In this document: one piece after another, positions 28,577 through 37,648 of the stretch
Numbering within the stretch: position 1 is the stretch's first letter
Layout: the number at the start of each line of letters is the position of its first letter
NCBI GenBank assembly: GCA_039793425.1
Contig: JBAMLT010000192.1
Coordinates: forward strand, 24,030 to 88,029
Direction: 5' to 3'
Length of the DNA: 64,000 nt
From: Caldisericota bacterium
Lineage (GTDB): Bacteria; Caldisericota; Caldisericia; B22-G15
Notes under the pieces: model-generated
Told to the model about the DNA's origin: nothing
Databases searched by the model: none
Seen by the model: the letters and a program-made list of their open reading frames with translations, nothing else
Made by a program: the position numbers and the translations under genes

Positions 28577-29002
28577 TTAAGATTTGAATATCTTTTTAGT
28601 TAATGAAATAGATAGAATTCCTAAAATAATTGATGCAACAATATAAATAATAATGAAAGTTATCATAATTAACCACATCAAGGTTGTCATCTCAGTTCTT
28701 CCTGATGCAATACCAGTTATATTAGCTATAAGTTGGGTTATAAAAAACATACCAGCAATAACTCCAAAACAAATTCCAATAATTTTCCAACTGATTTTTG
28801 CCATAATCGAGGTAATTACTAATAATATAACTCCTATTACTATAAGAATAGCAAGTTCCATTGGCATTAAAAAATCAAAACGAAAAATTCCTCTACTAAA
28901 AAATAGAATTATTGAGAAAAAAACTGGTGCAATTATTGGTATCCATACAAGAATTGTTCCAATAATTACAATAATTTTATTTATTAATTTTTTATTATCC
29001 AT
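28577..29002 (-). CDS. Hypothetical small membrane protein (about 4 TM)
   Basis: ORF with four hydrophobic helices. It is preferred over the antisense 28653..29033 ORF on start context, but that choice is uncertain. Confidence 0.3.
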   Translation of the reverse strand: MDNKKLINKIIVIIGTILVWIPIIAPVFFSIILFFSRGIFRFDFLMPMELAILIVIGVILLVITSIMAKISWKIIGICFGVIAGMFFITQLIANITGIASGRTEMTTLMWLIMITFIIIYIVASIILGILSISLTKKIFKS

Positions 29003-29083
29003 ATTAACCTCTTTTTTGAAATTATATCATTAAATTATAATAATTTGAAAGGAATTTTTTATTGAGTTATAATTTTTTAAGTT

Positions 29084-30139
29084 ATGTATCCAAAATTATT
29101 TGTTAATTTAAAGGCAATTGGTGAAAATTATTTAAAGATTAAAAAAGAATGCGAAGCAAATAGGGTTGAATTAATTCCTGTTGTTAAAGTAGTAAGAGGT
29201 GATGAAAATATTGTAAGAACATTAATCTCTCTTGGAGCAAATATTATCGCTGATTCAAGAATAAAAAATGTCATCAATTATAAAGATATGAAAGTTAAAA
29301 AATTATTGTTAAGATCCCCTTCATTTTCTGAAATTGATGAAGCAGTTGAATTAACTGATTTTTCCCTTGAAAGTGAAATTGAAACTATTGAAAAAATTAA
29401 TTTATCATGCAGAAAAAAAGGTAAAAAACATGGAGTAATAGTTATGGTTGAAGTTGGAGAATTAAGAGAAGGATTAATGCCTGAAGACATACTACCTTTT
29501 GTAAAAAAAATTATAACTTTTTCTAATATCGAATTTATAGGACTTGGCACTAATACAACATGTTTTTCAGGCATTATTCCAGATTATAAAAATTTAAAAA
29601 TTTTATATGATTTGAAAGTTTCTCTTGAAAATGAGGGCATAAAAGTAAAAACATTATCTGGTGGGGGAACAAATCTTCTTAAAATGATCTGGGAAAGAAA
29701 AATTCCTGATTTTATAAATCAAATAAGAGTTGGTGAAGGAATTTTCCTTGGAGTTGATGCTATAAAAAGAGAACCTCTTCCAGGTTTAAGACAGGATACC
29801 TTTAGACTTGATGTTGAATTGATTGAGGTTAAAAAAAAGCCATCAATGCCATGGGGAGAAAAAACAAAAGATGCATTTGAAGAAGAAGTTGAATTTAAAG
29901 ATGAAGGATTGATGATCAGAGGAATAGCATCAATTGGAAGACAAGATGTTATCTTATCTGGAATAAAAAGCGATAATTATCTGAAAATAATTGGAGCATC
30001 AAGTGATCATATGGTTATAAATTTAAATAAAATTCCTTCTGTTAAAGTTGGAGATATTATCTCATTTAGATTAAATTATGCAGGAGTTTTATCAACATTC
30101 ACTTCTCCTTATATAGAAAAAATTTATATTGAAGAATGA
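29084..30139 (+). CDS. Alanine-racemase-fold PLP enzyme, YhfX/ornithine-racemase-like putative amino acid racemase
   Basis: The N-terminal TIM-barrel PLP-Lys motif (IPVVKVV..G) lies in a 351-aa protein. Characterised ornithine racemase is of similar size. Confidence 0.55.
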   Translation: MYPKLFVNLKAIGENYLKIKKECEANRVELIPVVKVVRGDENIVRTLISLGANIIADSRIKNVINYKDMKVKKLLLRSPSFSEIDEAVELTDFSLESEIETIEKINLSCRKKGKKHGVIVMVEVGELREGLMPEDILPFVKKIITFSNIEFIGLGTNTTCFSGIIPDYKNLKILYDLKVSLENEGIKVKTLSGGGTNLLKMIWERKIPDFINQIRVGEGIFLGVDAIKREPLPGLRQDTFRLDVELIEVKKKPSMPWGEKTKDAFEEEVEFKDEGLMIRGIASIGRQDVILSGIKSDNYLKIIGASSDHMVINLNKIPSVKVGDIISFRLNYAGVLSTFTSPYIEKIYIEE

Positions 30140-30666
30140 ATAAATATAAATTATTTTTTACTTTTCTTAAGATAAGTGCTTTAACGCTTGGTGGGGGATA
30201 TGCAATGGTTCCAATAATTGAAAGAGAGATTATTAAAAAAAATATTATCGAAAAAGATGACTTTGTAATCCTTTTTTCAAAAGCACAAAGTGCTCCAGGT
30301 CCAATTGCAATAAATACTGCATTTATGGTTGGAATGAAAATTGGAGGTATTTTCTTAGGCCTATATTATGTTTTAGCAGTTTTTATTCCTCCTTTTTTAA
30401 TAATATCGTTTATAGCAACTTTAATAAAAAGATATTCTGATTTAATTTATATTCAATATTTTTTGGAAGGTATTAGGGTTGGGCTTTCAGTTATTTTAAT
30501 AAATTTTTTATTTGGTTTAATTAAAAACTTTAAATATATTGAATTTATATTCCTTTTGATAGGCTTTATACTAATATATTTTTTTAAATTCTATTCGATT
30601 TATACATTAATAATAATAACCTTTTCATATCTTATTGTAACTATAAAAGGGAAAGATGATAATTAA
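30136..30666 (+). CDS. chrA: Short-chain chromate transporter (CHR family), first half of a pair
   Basis: Conserved LGGGYAMVPIIE motif; 176 aa; overlaps its partner. Confidence 0.75.
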   Translation: MNKYKLFFTFLKISALTLGGGYAMVPIIEREIIKKNIIEKDDFVILFSKAQSAPGPIAINTAFMVGMKIGGIFLGLYYVLAVFIPPFLIISFIATLIKRYSDLIYIQYFLEGIRVGLSVILINFLFGLIKNFKYIEFIFLLIGFILIYFFKFYSIYTLIIITFSYLIVTIKGKDDN

Positions 30667-31180
30667 ACTTTTTTTAATATTTTTTAAAATTGGCTTTTTC
30701 TCTTATGGAGGCGGATGGAGCGCCCTTACCATAATAAAAGATGAACTTGTAAATGTTTATAAATTGATATCTGTAAAAGAATTTCTTGATATGGTATCTA
30801 TTGCTGAGATAACTCCTGGACCAATAGCGATAAATATGGCAACATATACTGGTATTAAATTTGCTTCTTTTTTAGGTGGTTTTTTTGCAACTTTTGGATT
30901 GATTTTACCAGGAATATTAATTTTGATTGCACTTGAAACTCTATTAAATTTTCTAAGTAAAAAATATAATTTAATGAAATTTTACAAAAGTTTAAGAGTA
31001 GGAGTTTCTGTATTAGTCCTTTTTGCTACATATTTGATATTTTCTTCTTCAGTTGTTGATCTAAAATCAATAATTATCTTTATATTACTATTACTATTAA
31101 TATTGTTCAAAAAAGAAATACATCCATTAATTATAGTTTTTTCTGGTGGTTTAGGTTTATTATTAATTAAAATGATATAA
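30656..31180 (+). CDS. chrA: Short-chain chromate transporter (CHR family), second half of a pair
   Basis: FSYGGGWSALTII motif; 174 aa; the paired SCHR arrangement. Confidence 0.75.
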   Translation: MIIKLFLIFFKIGFFSYGGGWSALTIIKDELVNVYKLISVKEFLDMVSIAEITPGPIAINMATYTGIKFASFLGGFFATFGLILPGILILIALETLLNFLSKKYNLMKFYKSLRVGVSVLVLFATYLIFSSSVVDLKSIIIFILLLLLILFKKEIHPLIIVFSGGLGLLLIKMI

Positions 31181-31214
31181 TTTCATAAAAGAAAAAGTAG
31201 AAAAAGGAGGAGAA

Positions 31215-32792
31215 ATGGAACTTAAAGAGTTTTTAGATAAAACAAATAAAGAAATAAAAGAACTCATAAAAGATGTTAGTTTAAACTACTGGAACCTTGC
31301 AACAACAGGTGAAAAAGAGTGGGAAGAAAAATATAAAGAAAGTGATTTAAGATTGAGAAAATATCTTTCTGATAAAGATAGATTTAAAATTGTAGAAAAA
31401 TTTCTAAAAGATCCTTCTCTTTCAAAAAATGAACATAGACAATTGGTTTTATTAAGGAATGATATGATTCCAAATCAAATAGAAGAAGAAAAATTGAAAG
31501 AATTATCAACAAGAGAAGTTGAAATTGAATCGATTTTTATAAATTACAGGGGAAAAATTGATGGTAAAGAAGTTAGCGATAATGAAATTATAGAAATTTT
31601 AAGGAAAGAAAAAGATTCAAATTTAAGAAAAAAGGCATGGGAAGTAAGCAAAGATATAGGAGAAATTGTTGGTCCAAAAATTTATGAACTTATTAAATTA
31701 AGAAATAAAATTGCAAAAGGATTTGGCTATTCTAATTATTATGAAATGATGTTTGACCTACAGGAATTAAATGTAAATGAGGTTCATAAAAATTTTAAAG
31801 ATTTCAAATCTAAAACAGATACTCCTTTTATGATTATCAAGGATGAAATAGATGAAAAAATTTCAGATAAATTTGGTATTTTAAAAGAAACAATTATGCC
31901 TTGGCATTATAGTGATAGATTTTTCCAAGAAGCACCTCAGGTTTATGAAATTCCTTTTGAAGAGATATTTAAAGATAAAAATGTGGAGGATATGGTTAAA
32001 AAAACTTACTCAGAAATAGGAATGGATACTGAAGATATATTAAAAAGAAGCGATCTTTATGAAAGAAAAGGTAAAAATCAGCATGCTTTTTGCATATATA
32101 TTGATAGAGAAGAGGATGTAAGAATCCTTGCAAATTTAAGACCAAATGAGAAATGGACTGAAACTATGCTTCATGAAATGGGACATGCAGTATATGATAA
32201 ATATATCGACAAATCTCTTCCAGTAATATTAAGAACACCTTCACATATATTCACAACTGAAGCAGTAGCTATGTTTTTTGGAAGAATGGTTAGAAAACCT
32301 GTTTGGTATCAAAAAATTTTGAAATATGATTCAAGATTTATAGATAAATACGGAAATGAATTGAATAAATCTTTAAGAGACCAGTTAATGATTGAGGGAA
32401 GATGGATGATAACTTTTGTCTTTTTTGAAAAAATGCTATATGAATCAGAAGAAAACATCAATAATTTATGGTATGATTTTGTTTCTCAAAATCAATTCTT
32501 AAATATACCAGAAGAAAGAAGAAATAAATATGACTGGGCTGCAAAAATTCATTTTGGAACAAATCCAGTTTACTATCAAAACTATCTTCTTGGTGAAATG
32601 ATGGCGTCTCAATTATATTTCTATCTAAAAGAAAATATATCTGAAGATCTTTTTAATAAAAAAATTGGTGCTTTTTTCATTAATAAAATATTTAAACCAG
32701 GAGCAAGTCTCAGATGGGATGAACTACTTATAACTTCAACTGGTGAAACATTAAATCCAGAATATCTTGTAAAAGATATTTCTTTTATTTAA
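31215..32792 (+). CDS. M3-family (oligoendopeptidase F-like) zinc metallopeptidase
   Basis: HEMGHAVY zinc motif with a downstream Glu (FTTEAVAMFFG) as third ligand; 525 aa; strong AAGGAGG RBS. Confidence 0.55.
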   Translation: MELKEFLDKTNKEIKELIKDVSLNYWNLATTGEKEWEEKYKESDLRLRKYLSDKDRFKIVEKFLKDPSLSKNEHRQLVLLRNDMIPNQIEEEKLKELSTREVEIESIFINYRGKIDGKEVSDNEIIEILRKEKDSNLRKKAWEVSKDIGEIVGPKIYELIKLRNKIAKGFGYSNYYEMMFDLQELNVNEVHKNFKDFKSKTDTPFMIIKDEIDEKISDKFGILKETIMPWHYSDRFFQEAPQVYEIPFEEIFKDKNVEDMVKKTYSEIGMDTEDILKRSDLYERKGKNQHAFCIYIDREEDVRILANLRPNEKWTETMLHEMGHAVYDKYIDKSLPVILRTPSHIFTTEAVAMFFGRMVRKPVWYQKILKYDSRFIDKYGNELNKSLRDQLMIEGRWMITFVFFEKMLYESEENINNLWYDFVSQNQFLNIPEERRNKYDWAAKIHFGTNPVYYQNYLLGEMMASQLYFYLKENISEDLFNKKIGAFFINKIFKPGASLRWDELLITSTGETLNPEYLVKDISFI

Positions 32793-32802
32793 AGAGGAGG
32801 GT

Positions 32803-33729
32803 TTGATGAGTTTAAAAGGAAGAGACCTTTTATCACTTTATGATTTTACAAAAGAAGAGATTGAAGAATTTTTAAAAACAGGTGAAACTTTAAAGATTAA
32901 ATCAAAAATTGGTGAAAATTCACCTGTTCTTGCTGGAAAAAAATTAGGATTAATATTTGAAAAACCTTCAACAAGAACAAGAGTTTCTTTTGAAGTTGCA
33001 ATGTATGAACTTGGTGGTCATGCTATATATCTATCATCAAATGAACTACAACTGAAAAGAGGAGAAACAATAGCAGATACTGCAAGAGTTCTATCAAGAT
33101 ACCTTGATGGCATTATGGCAAGAGTATTTTTTCATAAAGATATTGTAGAACTTGCAAAATTTGCTGATATTCCAGTAATAAATGGCTTATCAGATATGTT
33201 TCATCCATGTCAGGTTCTTGGAGATTTGCTAACAATCAAAGAAAAAAAGGGGAGACTTGATGGAATAAAATTAACTTATCTTGGAGATGGAAACAACGTC
33301 TGTCATTCTTTGATGCTTGGAGGAGTGAAAATGGGAATGCAGATTGTTGTTTCTACTCCAAAAGAATATTCTCCAGATAAAGAAGTTTTAAATTGGGTAA
33401 AAGAGGATGAAAAAAAATATAAAGGCGAAGTTCTTTTAATAGAAGATCCAGTTGAAGCAGTAAAAGGAAGTGATGTAGTTTATACTGATGTCTGGGTTTC
33501 AATGGGTCAAGAAGATAGTGAAACAAAAAAGAAAAAACTTTTACCATACCAGATAAATGAAAAACTTGTTAAAAATGCTAAAAAGGATTTCATTTTTATG
33601 CATTGTTTACCTGCTCATAGAGGAGAAGAGGTAGTTGATGAAGTTATAGATGGTGAAAATTCGGTTGTTTTTGATCAAGCAGAAAATAGATTGCATATTC
33701 AAAAGGGAATTTTATCACTTTTATTATAA
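32803..33729 (+). CDS. argF: Ornithine carbamoyltransferase
   Basis: STRTR carbamoyl-phosphate motif, DVWVSMGQE, and HCLPAHRGEEV, which is the ornithine-specific HCLP motif; 308 aa. Confidence 0.85.
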   Translation: MMSLKGRDLLSLYDFTKEEIEEFLKTGETLKIKSKIGENSPVLAGKKLGLIFEKPSTRTRVSFEVAMYELGGHAIYLSSNELQLKRGETIADTARVLSRYLDGIMARVFFHKDIVELAKFADIPVINGLSDMFHPCQVLGDLLTIKEKKGRLDGIKLTYLGDGNNVCHSLMLGGVKMGMQIVVSTPKEYSPDKEVLNWVKEDEKKYKGEVLLIEDPVEAVKGSDVVYTDVWVSMGQEDSETKKKKLLPYQINEKLVKNAKKDFIFMHCLPAHRGEEVVDEVIDGENSVVFDQAENRLHIQKGILSLLL

Positions 33730-33744
33730 ATTCTTGGGGGGTCT

Positions 33745-34332
33745 ATGGTTTTAGAAAAAAGAGAATGGATTATTATTACAATAATCAGTTTTATCATCGG
33801 TTTATTGATAGGTAATTATGCATTTAGAACAAATAATAATTCAATAAATATTGAAAATCAGAGCACCAAAATTTATATACATATTGCTGGTGAGATAAAA
33901 TATCCTGGTGTTTATGAAATGGAAAATGGAGATAGAGTTTTTCAACTTATAGAAAAAGCAGGTGGGGTTACAGAAAATGCTGATATATCATCAATTAATC
34001 TTTCTAAGAAATTGATTGATGGAGAAAAAGTTATAATTTTTGCCAAAAAAGGATCAGTAAATTCAGAAACAGCATCAAATTCGGTAACCCAATCTAATAC
34101 TACATCTTCAAATAGTAGTTCGACAAACAATTCAAATCTTATTAATATTAATACAGCATCTCAAAAAGAACTTGAAGAACTTCCAGGAATAGGACCAACT
34201 CTTGCTCAAAGGATAATTGATTATAGAGATAAAAATGGATATTTTCAAACTATTGAAGATATAAAAAAGGTATCAGGGATAGGAGATAAGAAATTTGAAG
34301 CAATTAAGGACTTAATAACAGTTGGTCCTTGA
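33745..34332 (+). CDS. comEA: Competence protein ComEA (membrane-anchored SLBB plus tandem helix-hairpin-helix DNA-binding domain)
   Basis: N-terminal TM helix, a Ser/Asn-rich linker, and C-terminal HhH motifs (LPGIGPTLAQRII, VSGIGDKKFEAI). Confidence 0.85.
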   Translation: MVLEKREWIIITIISFIIGLLIGNYAFRTNNNSINIENQSTKIYIHIAGEIKYPGVYEMENGDRVFQLIEKAGGVTENADISSINLSKKLIDGEKVIIFAKKGSVNSETASNSVTQSNTTSSNSSSTNNSNLININTASQKELEELPGIGPTLAQRIIDYRDKNGYFQTIEDIKKVSGIGDKKFEAIKDLITVGP

Positions 34333-36539
34333 GAAAATTATTTAGATTAATCTTTATATTTTTTCTCCTATCCCTTTTCAGTTTTAAATATCCTTTTTTT
34401 CTAATATTTTTGCCACTCCCTCTTATTTTTATAAAAAGAAAGGACTTCCTTATTTATTATTTGATCTTCATTATTTCAGGTTTAATTAGAGTTTATTTTT
34501 ATAAACCAGTAATTGATAAAAATTTTAACAATGAATATTTAATAGGTTCTGTTATCTCTTTTGAAAATGATAATTCATTTATTTTAAAAAATAATGATGG
34601 AAAATTTTTGATTTATAAAAAGGGTGAATTCAATTTAAATCCATATGATAAAGTAAAAGTTGAAGGTTATTTTTTTAATGATAAAAGTGGAAATCCTGGA
34701 GAAGAAAGTTTTTATTTATATAAACAAAGTGAAGGAATAATTGGGACTTTTTTTTGTAAAAATATAGAAATTATTCAAAAAGATGTTACAATATTATCAA
34801 ATATTAGAAATACTTTTTATTCAAATATTAAAAACCTTGGGATAACAGGTGAACTAATCGAAGGATTTATATTTGGTGGAAAAGGGGTTGATAGCAATAT
34901 AAAAGATGAGTTTAAGTATAGTGGTGTTTTACATCTTTTTGCTGTTTCTGGCTTACATATATTAATTATTGCATCATTTCTTTCATTTTCTTTACATCCC
35001 TTTTTTGTTATTTTTTTACTTTTTATTTATTTAACATTGATACTTTTCCCATTATCAGCCATGAGAGCATTTATAATGTTTTCTTTTTATCTAATTGGAA
35101 AAAGATTTTATAGGGAAGCAGATTCATTAAATCTTCTTTTATTTTCTGCAATTATAATTTTATTAATTAATCCTATAAATATAATTTCAACTTCTTTTCT
35201 TTTGACTTTTTTCTCTTCTCTTTCAATAATAACTATAATTGAAAAATTTAAAAATAATTTTTTAAGATTCATCCTTTTTCCAATTTTTATAAATTTTGGT
35301 AATTTTCCCATTCTTATATATTTTTTTCCATTTTTCTCTTTTATATCCTTTATCTCTAATTTAATAATAATTCCAATAATTTCTTTACTTCTTCCAGTTT
35401 TATTTTTCTTCATGATATTATCAATATTAATAAATAATATTCTATTTATTTTAAAACCTATATTTTTGATTTTATATAAAATTATTTTATTTTTCTCAAA
35501 CCTTCCCTTTTCAGATTTTGGATTAAAGAAACCTTCAACTATCTTTTTAATTCTTTTTTTCTTACTTTATTTTCTCTTTATTATTTACTTAAATTCAAAT
35601 ATTAATTTTAAAAAATTTAGGTTTTTATTTATTATCCTTTTCATTTCTACTATTATTTCTTTTTTATATCCATATATCTCTGATTTTGGAAAAATGAGAA
35701 TAACCTTTTTTGATGTTGGCGAAGGAGATTCTATTTTGATTAAAACACCACTCAATAAATATATTTTAATTGATGGTGGCGGAACTTCATATAAAGAAAA
35801 AAGTAGCCCAGGAATAAGGGTATTAAACTCATTAAAAAGATTAGGAATAAATAAATTAGATTTAATGATTTTTACTCATGAAGATGCTGATCATATAGAA
35901 GGTTTATTTCACATAATTGAAAGAGAAAAAATTATAAATATAGGTTATCCAGATATAAATTTAAGTCATTATGGAAAAGACTTAATAAATAAATTGGAAA
36001 AACAAAATGTGATTAAACTAAATTTAAAGAGAGAAGATATATATGAAATTGATGATCTAAAATTTATTATTTTAAATCCAATTAAAAATGGCAAGGATTA
36101 TTTAAGAGCAAATGATAATAATAATTCTTTATGTATTTTATTAAAATACGAAAATCTCTCTTGCTTATTAACTGGTGATATTGAAGTTGAAGCAATAAAC
36201 GAGATGTATAAAATTTATCCAGATTTAATAAATAATATAACTATATTTAAAGTACCCCATCATGGAAGTAAAAATTCTTATAATATTGATTTCTTTAATT
36301 TAATTAGACCAGAATATTCTATAATTTCTGTTGGCCCAAATAGTTTTGGACATCCATCAGATGATATTTTGAAAATTCTTTCGGATGTTAATTCAAAAAT
36401 ATTTAGAACTGATTCTGATGGAGCAATTGAGGTTGAAATTAAAAACAATAAAATTAAAATTTTAACTCATAATTTTTCAGATATCATAATTAATCTTTTT
36501 GAAAATAAATTAAGTTCCTCTTTTTCATACCCACCATAA
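34329..36539 (+). CDS. comEC: DNA internalisation competence protein ComEC/Rec2 with a C-terminal metallo-beta-lactamase domain
   Basis: Polytopic competence domain (GVLHLFAVSGLH) plus a C-terminal MBL domain (FFDVGEGDS, HEDADH, HHGS). Confidence 0.9.
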   Translation: MRKLFRLIFIFFLLSLFSFKYPFFLIFLPLPLIFIKRKDFLIYYLIFIISGLIRVYFYKPVIDKNFNNEYLIGSVISFENDNSFILKNNDGKFLIYKKGEFNLNPYDKVKVEGYFFNDKSGNPGEESFYLYKQSEGIIGTFFCKNIEIIQKDVTILSNIRNTFYSNIKNLGITGELIEGFIFGGKGVDSNIKDEFKYSGVLHLFAVSGLHILIIASFLSFSLHPFFVIFLLFIYLTLILFPLSAMRAFIMFSFYLIGKRFYREADSLNLLLFSAIIILLINPINIISTSFLLTFFSSLSIITIIEKFKNNFLRFILFPIFINFGNFPILIYFFPFFSFISFISNLIIIPIISLLLPVLFFFMILSILINNILFILKPIFLILYKIILFFSNLPFSDFGLKKPSTIFLILFFLLYFLFIIYLNSNINFKKFRFLFIILFISTIISFLYPYISDFGKMRITFFDVGEGDSILIKTPLNKYILIDGGGTSYKEKSSPGIRVLNSLKRLGINKLDLMIFTHEDADHIEGLFHIIEREKIINIGYPDINLSHYGKDLINKLEKQNVIKLNLKREDIYEIDDLKFIILNPIKNGKDYLRANDNNNSLCILLKYENLSCLLTGDIEVEAINEMYKIYPDLINNITIFKVPHHGSKNSYNIDFFNLIRPEYSIISVGPNSFGHPSDDILKILSDVNSKIFRTDSDGAIEVEIKNNKIKILTHNFSDIIINLFENKLSSSFSYPP

Positions 36540-37201
36540 AAAGTGGTCAATTTAAAACCACTATTTTCTAAATAATTTTTTATCTCAACCAAAGTGTATA
36601 TTCTATAATCTCTAATATATTCATATTTTTTATTATTTTTAATAAGTATTCTTATAGTTTTTACTCTACTTGATTTTATATTTAACTTGTTCCTTTCTAA
36701 AATATAAACACCCATATTATTTTCCCATCTTTCTTTTGGCAAATTATTTATTAAATAATTGATATTTTCAATATCAATTAATAATTTACCACCTTTTTTC
36801 AAAGATCTATTTATCTTTTTTAATAAATCTATATTTTCTTCATCCTTAAAATATCCAAAACTTGTCCAGATTGATATAGCAGCATCAAATTCATCTACAA
36901 AATTGATTTTTCTTATATCCATATTAATAAATTTTATATATTTATTCTTCTGTTTATTTTTTTTAGCAATATTTATGAACTTTTTATTAAAATCTATTCC
37001 AACACCTTTTATGCCTTTTTTACCAAATTCTATAAGGTGTCTTCCAATGCCACATCCAAGATCAAGAATTCTATCTTTTTCTTTTAAAGATAAAACATCA
37101 ATTATAAAATCAACCTGTTTTTTTGTTAAATCTTTGCTTTGAGTAATTAAATTGTATTTTAAATAATTTTCATCAAACCAATTCAAAAACCAATCTTTCA
37201 T
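36467..37201 (-). CDS. Class I SAM-dependent methyltransferase
   Basis: Motif I ILDLGCGIGRH. Its 3' end overlaps the convergent comEC 3' end by 73 nt. Confidence 0.75.
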   Translation of the reverse strand: MKDWFLNWFDENYLKYNLITQSKDLTKKQVDFIIDVLSLKEKDRILDLGCGIGRHLIEFGKKGIKGVGIDFNKKFINIAKKNKQKNKYIKFINMDIRKINFVDEFDAAISIWTSFGYFKDEENIDLLKKINRSLKKGGKLLIDIENINYLINNLPKERWENNMGVYILERNKLNIKSSRVKTIRILIKNNKKYEYIRDYRIYTLVEIKNYLENSGFKLTTFYGGYEKEELNLFSKRLIMISEKL

Positions 37202-37254
37202 TGAAATAATTATAATATAACTATTAGATAGTTTTTAATAAAAAAAAATTAAAT

Positions 37255-37283
37255 TTGAAATCTGAAGTTTTATATGATATAAT
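37255..37283 (+). promoter_or_regulatory. Consensus sigma-70 promoter for rpsO-pnp
   Basis: TTGAAA, a 17-nt spacer, then TATAAT. The -10 ends about 82 nt upstream of the rpsO ATG. Confidence 0.5.
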
Positions 37284-37289
37284 TTAAAA

Positions 37290-37365
37290 AAATTAAGATT
37301 AAAGCCAATGATCCTTAACCTGGATAAAAGTTAAGTCTGGGTTATGGGTAGGTTAGGAGGTAAGA
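37290..37365 (+). promoter_or_regulatory. rpsO 5' leader with a potential SD-sequestering structure (candidate S15 autoregulatory element)
   Basis: Local hairpin CTTAAC(37314-19)/GTTAAG(37330-35). CCTTAACC(37313-20) can also pair with GGTTAGG(37351-57), which overlaps the AGGAGG SD. Confidence 0.3.
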
Positions 37366-37632
37366 ATGTTAGATAAGAAAGAGAAACAAGAAATTATCGA
37401 AAAGTACAAACTCCACGAGAATGATACTGGTTCTCCTGAAGTTCAGATAGCAATTTTAACTGAAAAGATTAAAAAACTATCTGACCATCTTAAAGAACAT
37501 AAAAAAGATCATTCTTCAAGAAGAGGTTTACTCAAGATGGTTGGAAGAAGAAGAAAACTTTTAAATTATATTAAAGAAAAGGATTACGATAAATATCTAC
37601 AATTACTGGAGAATCTTAATTTAAGAAAATAA
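37366..37632 (+). CDS. rpsO: 30S ribosomal protein S15
   Basis: 88 aa with the S15 signature ([47 protein letters not shown]). Confidence 0.95.
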   Translation: MLDKKEKQEIIEKYKLHENDTGSPEVQIAILTEKIKKLSDHLKEHKKDHSSRRGLLKMVGRRRKLLNYIKEKDYDKYLQLLENLNLRK

Positions 37633-37648
37633 TATAATAAGGAGAAAA

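Noticed and set aside
28653-29033. Plus-strand 126-aa ORF overlapping the minus-strand 141-aa membrane ORF
   Set aside because: Only one of the two can be real. The minus-strand ORF has the more natural start context and topology. Neither has a recognisable family, so only the minus ORF is reported, at low confidence.
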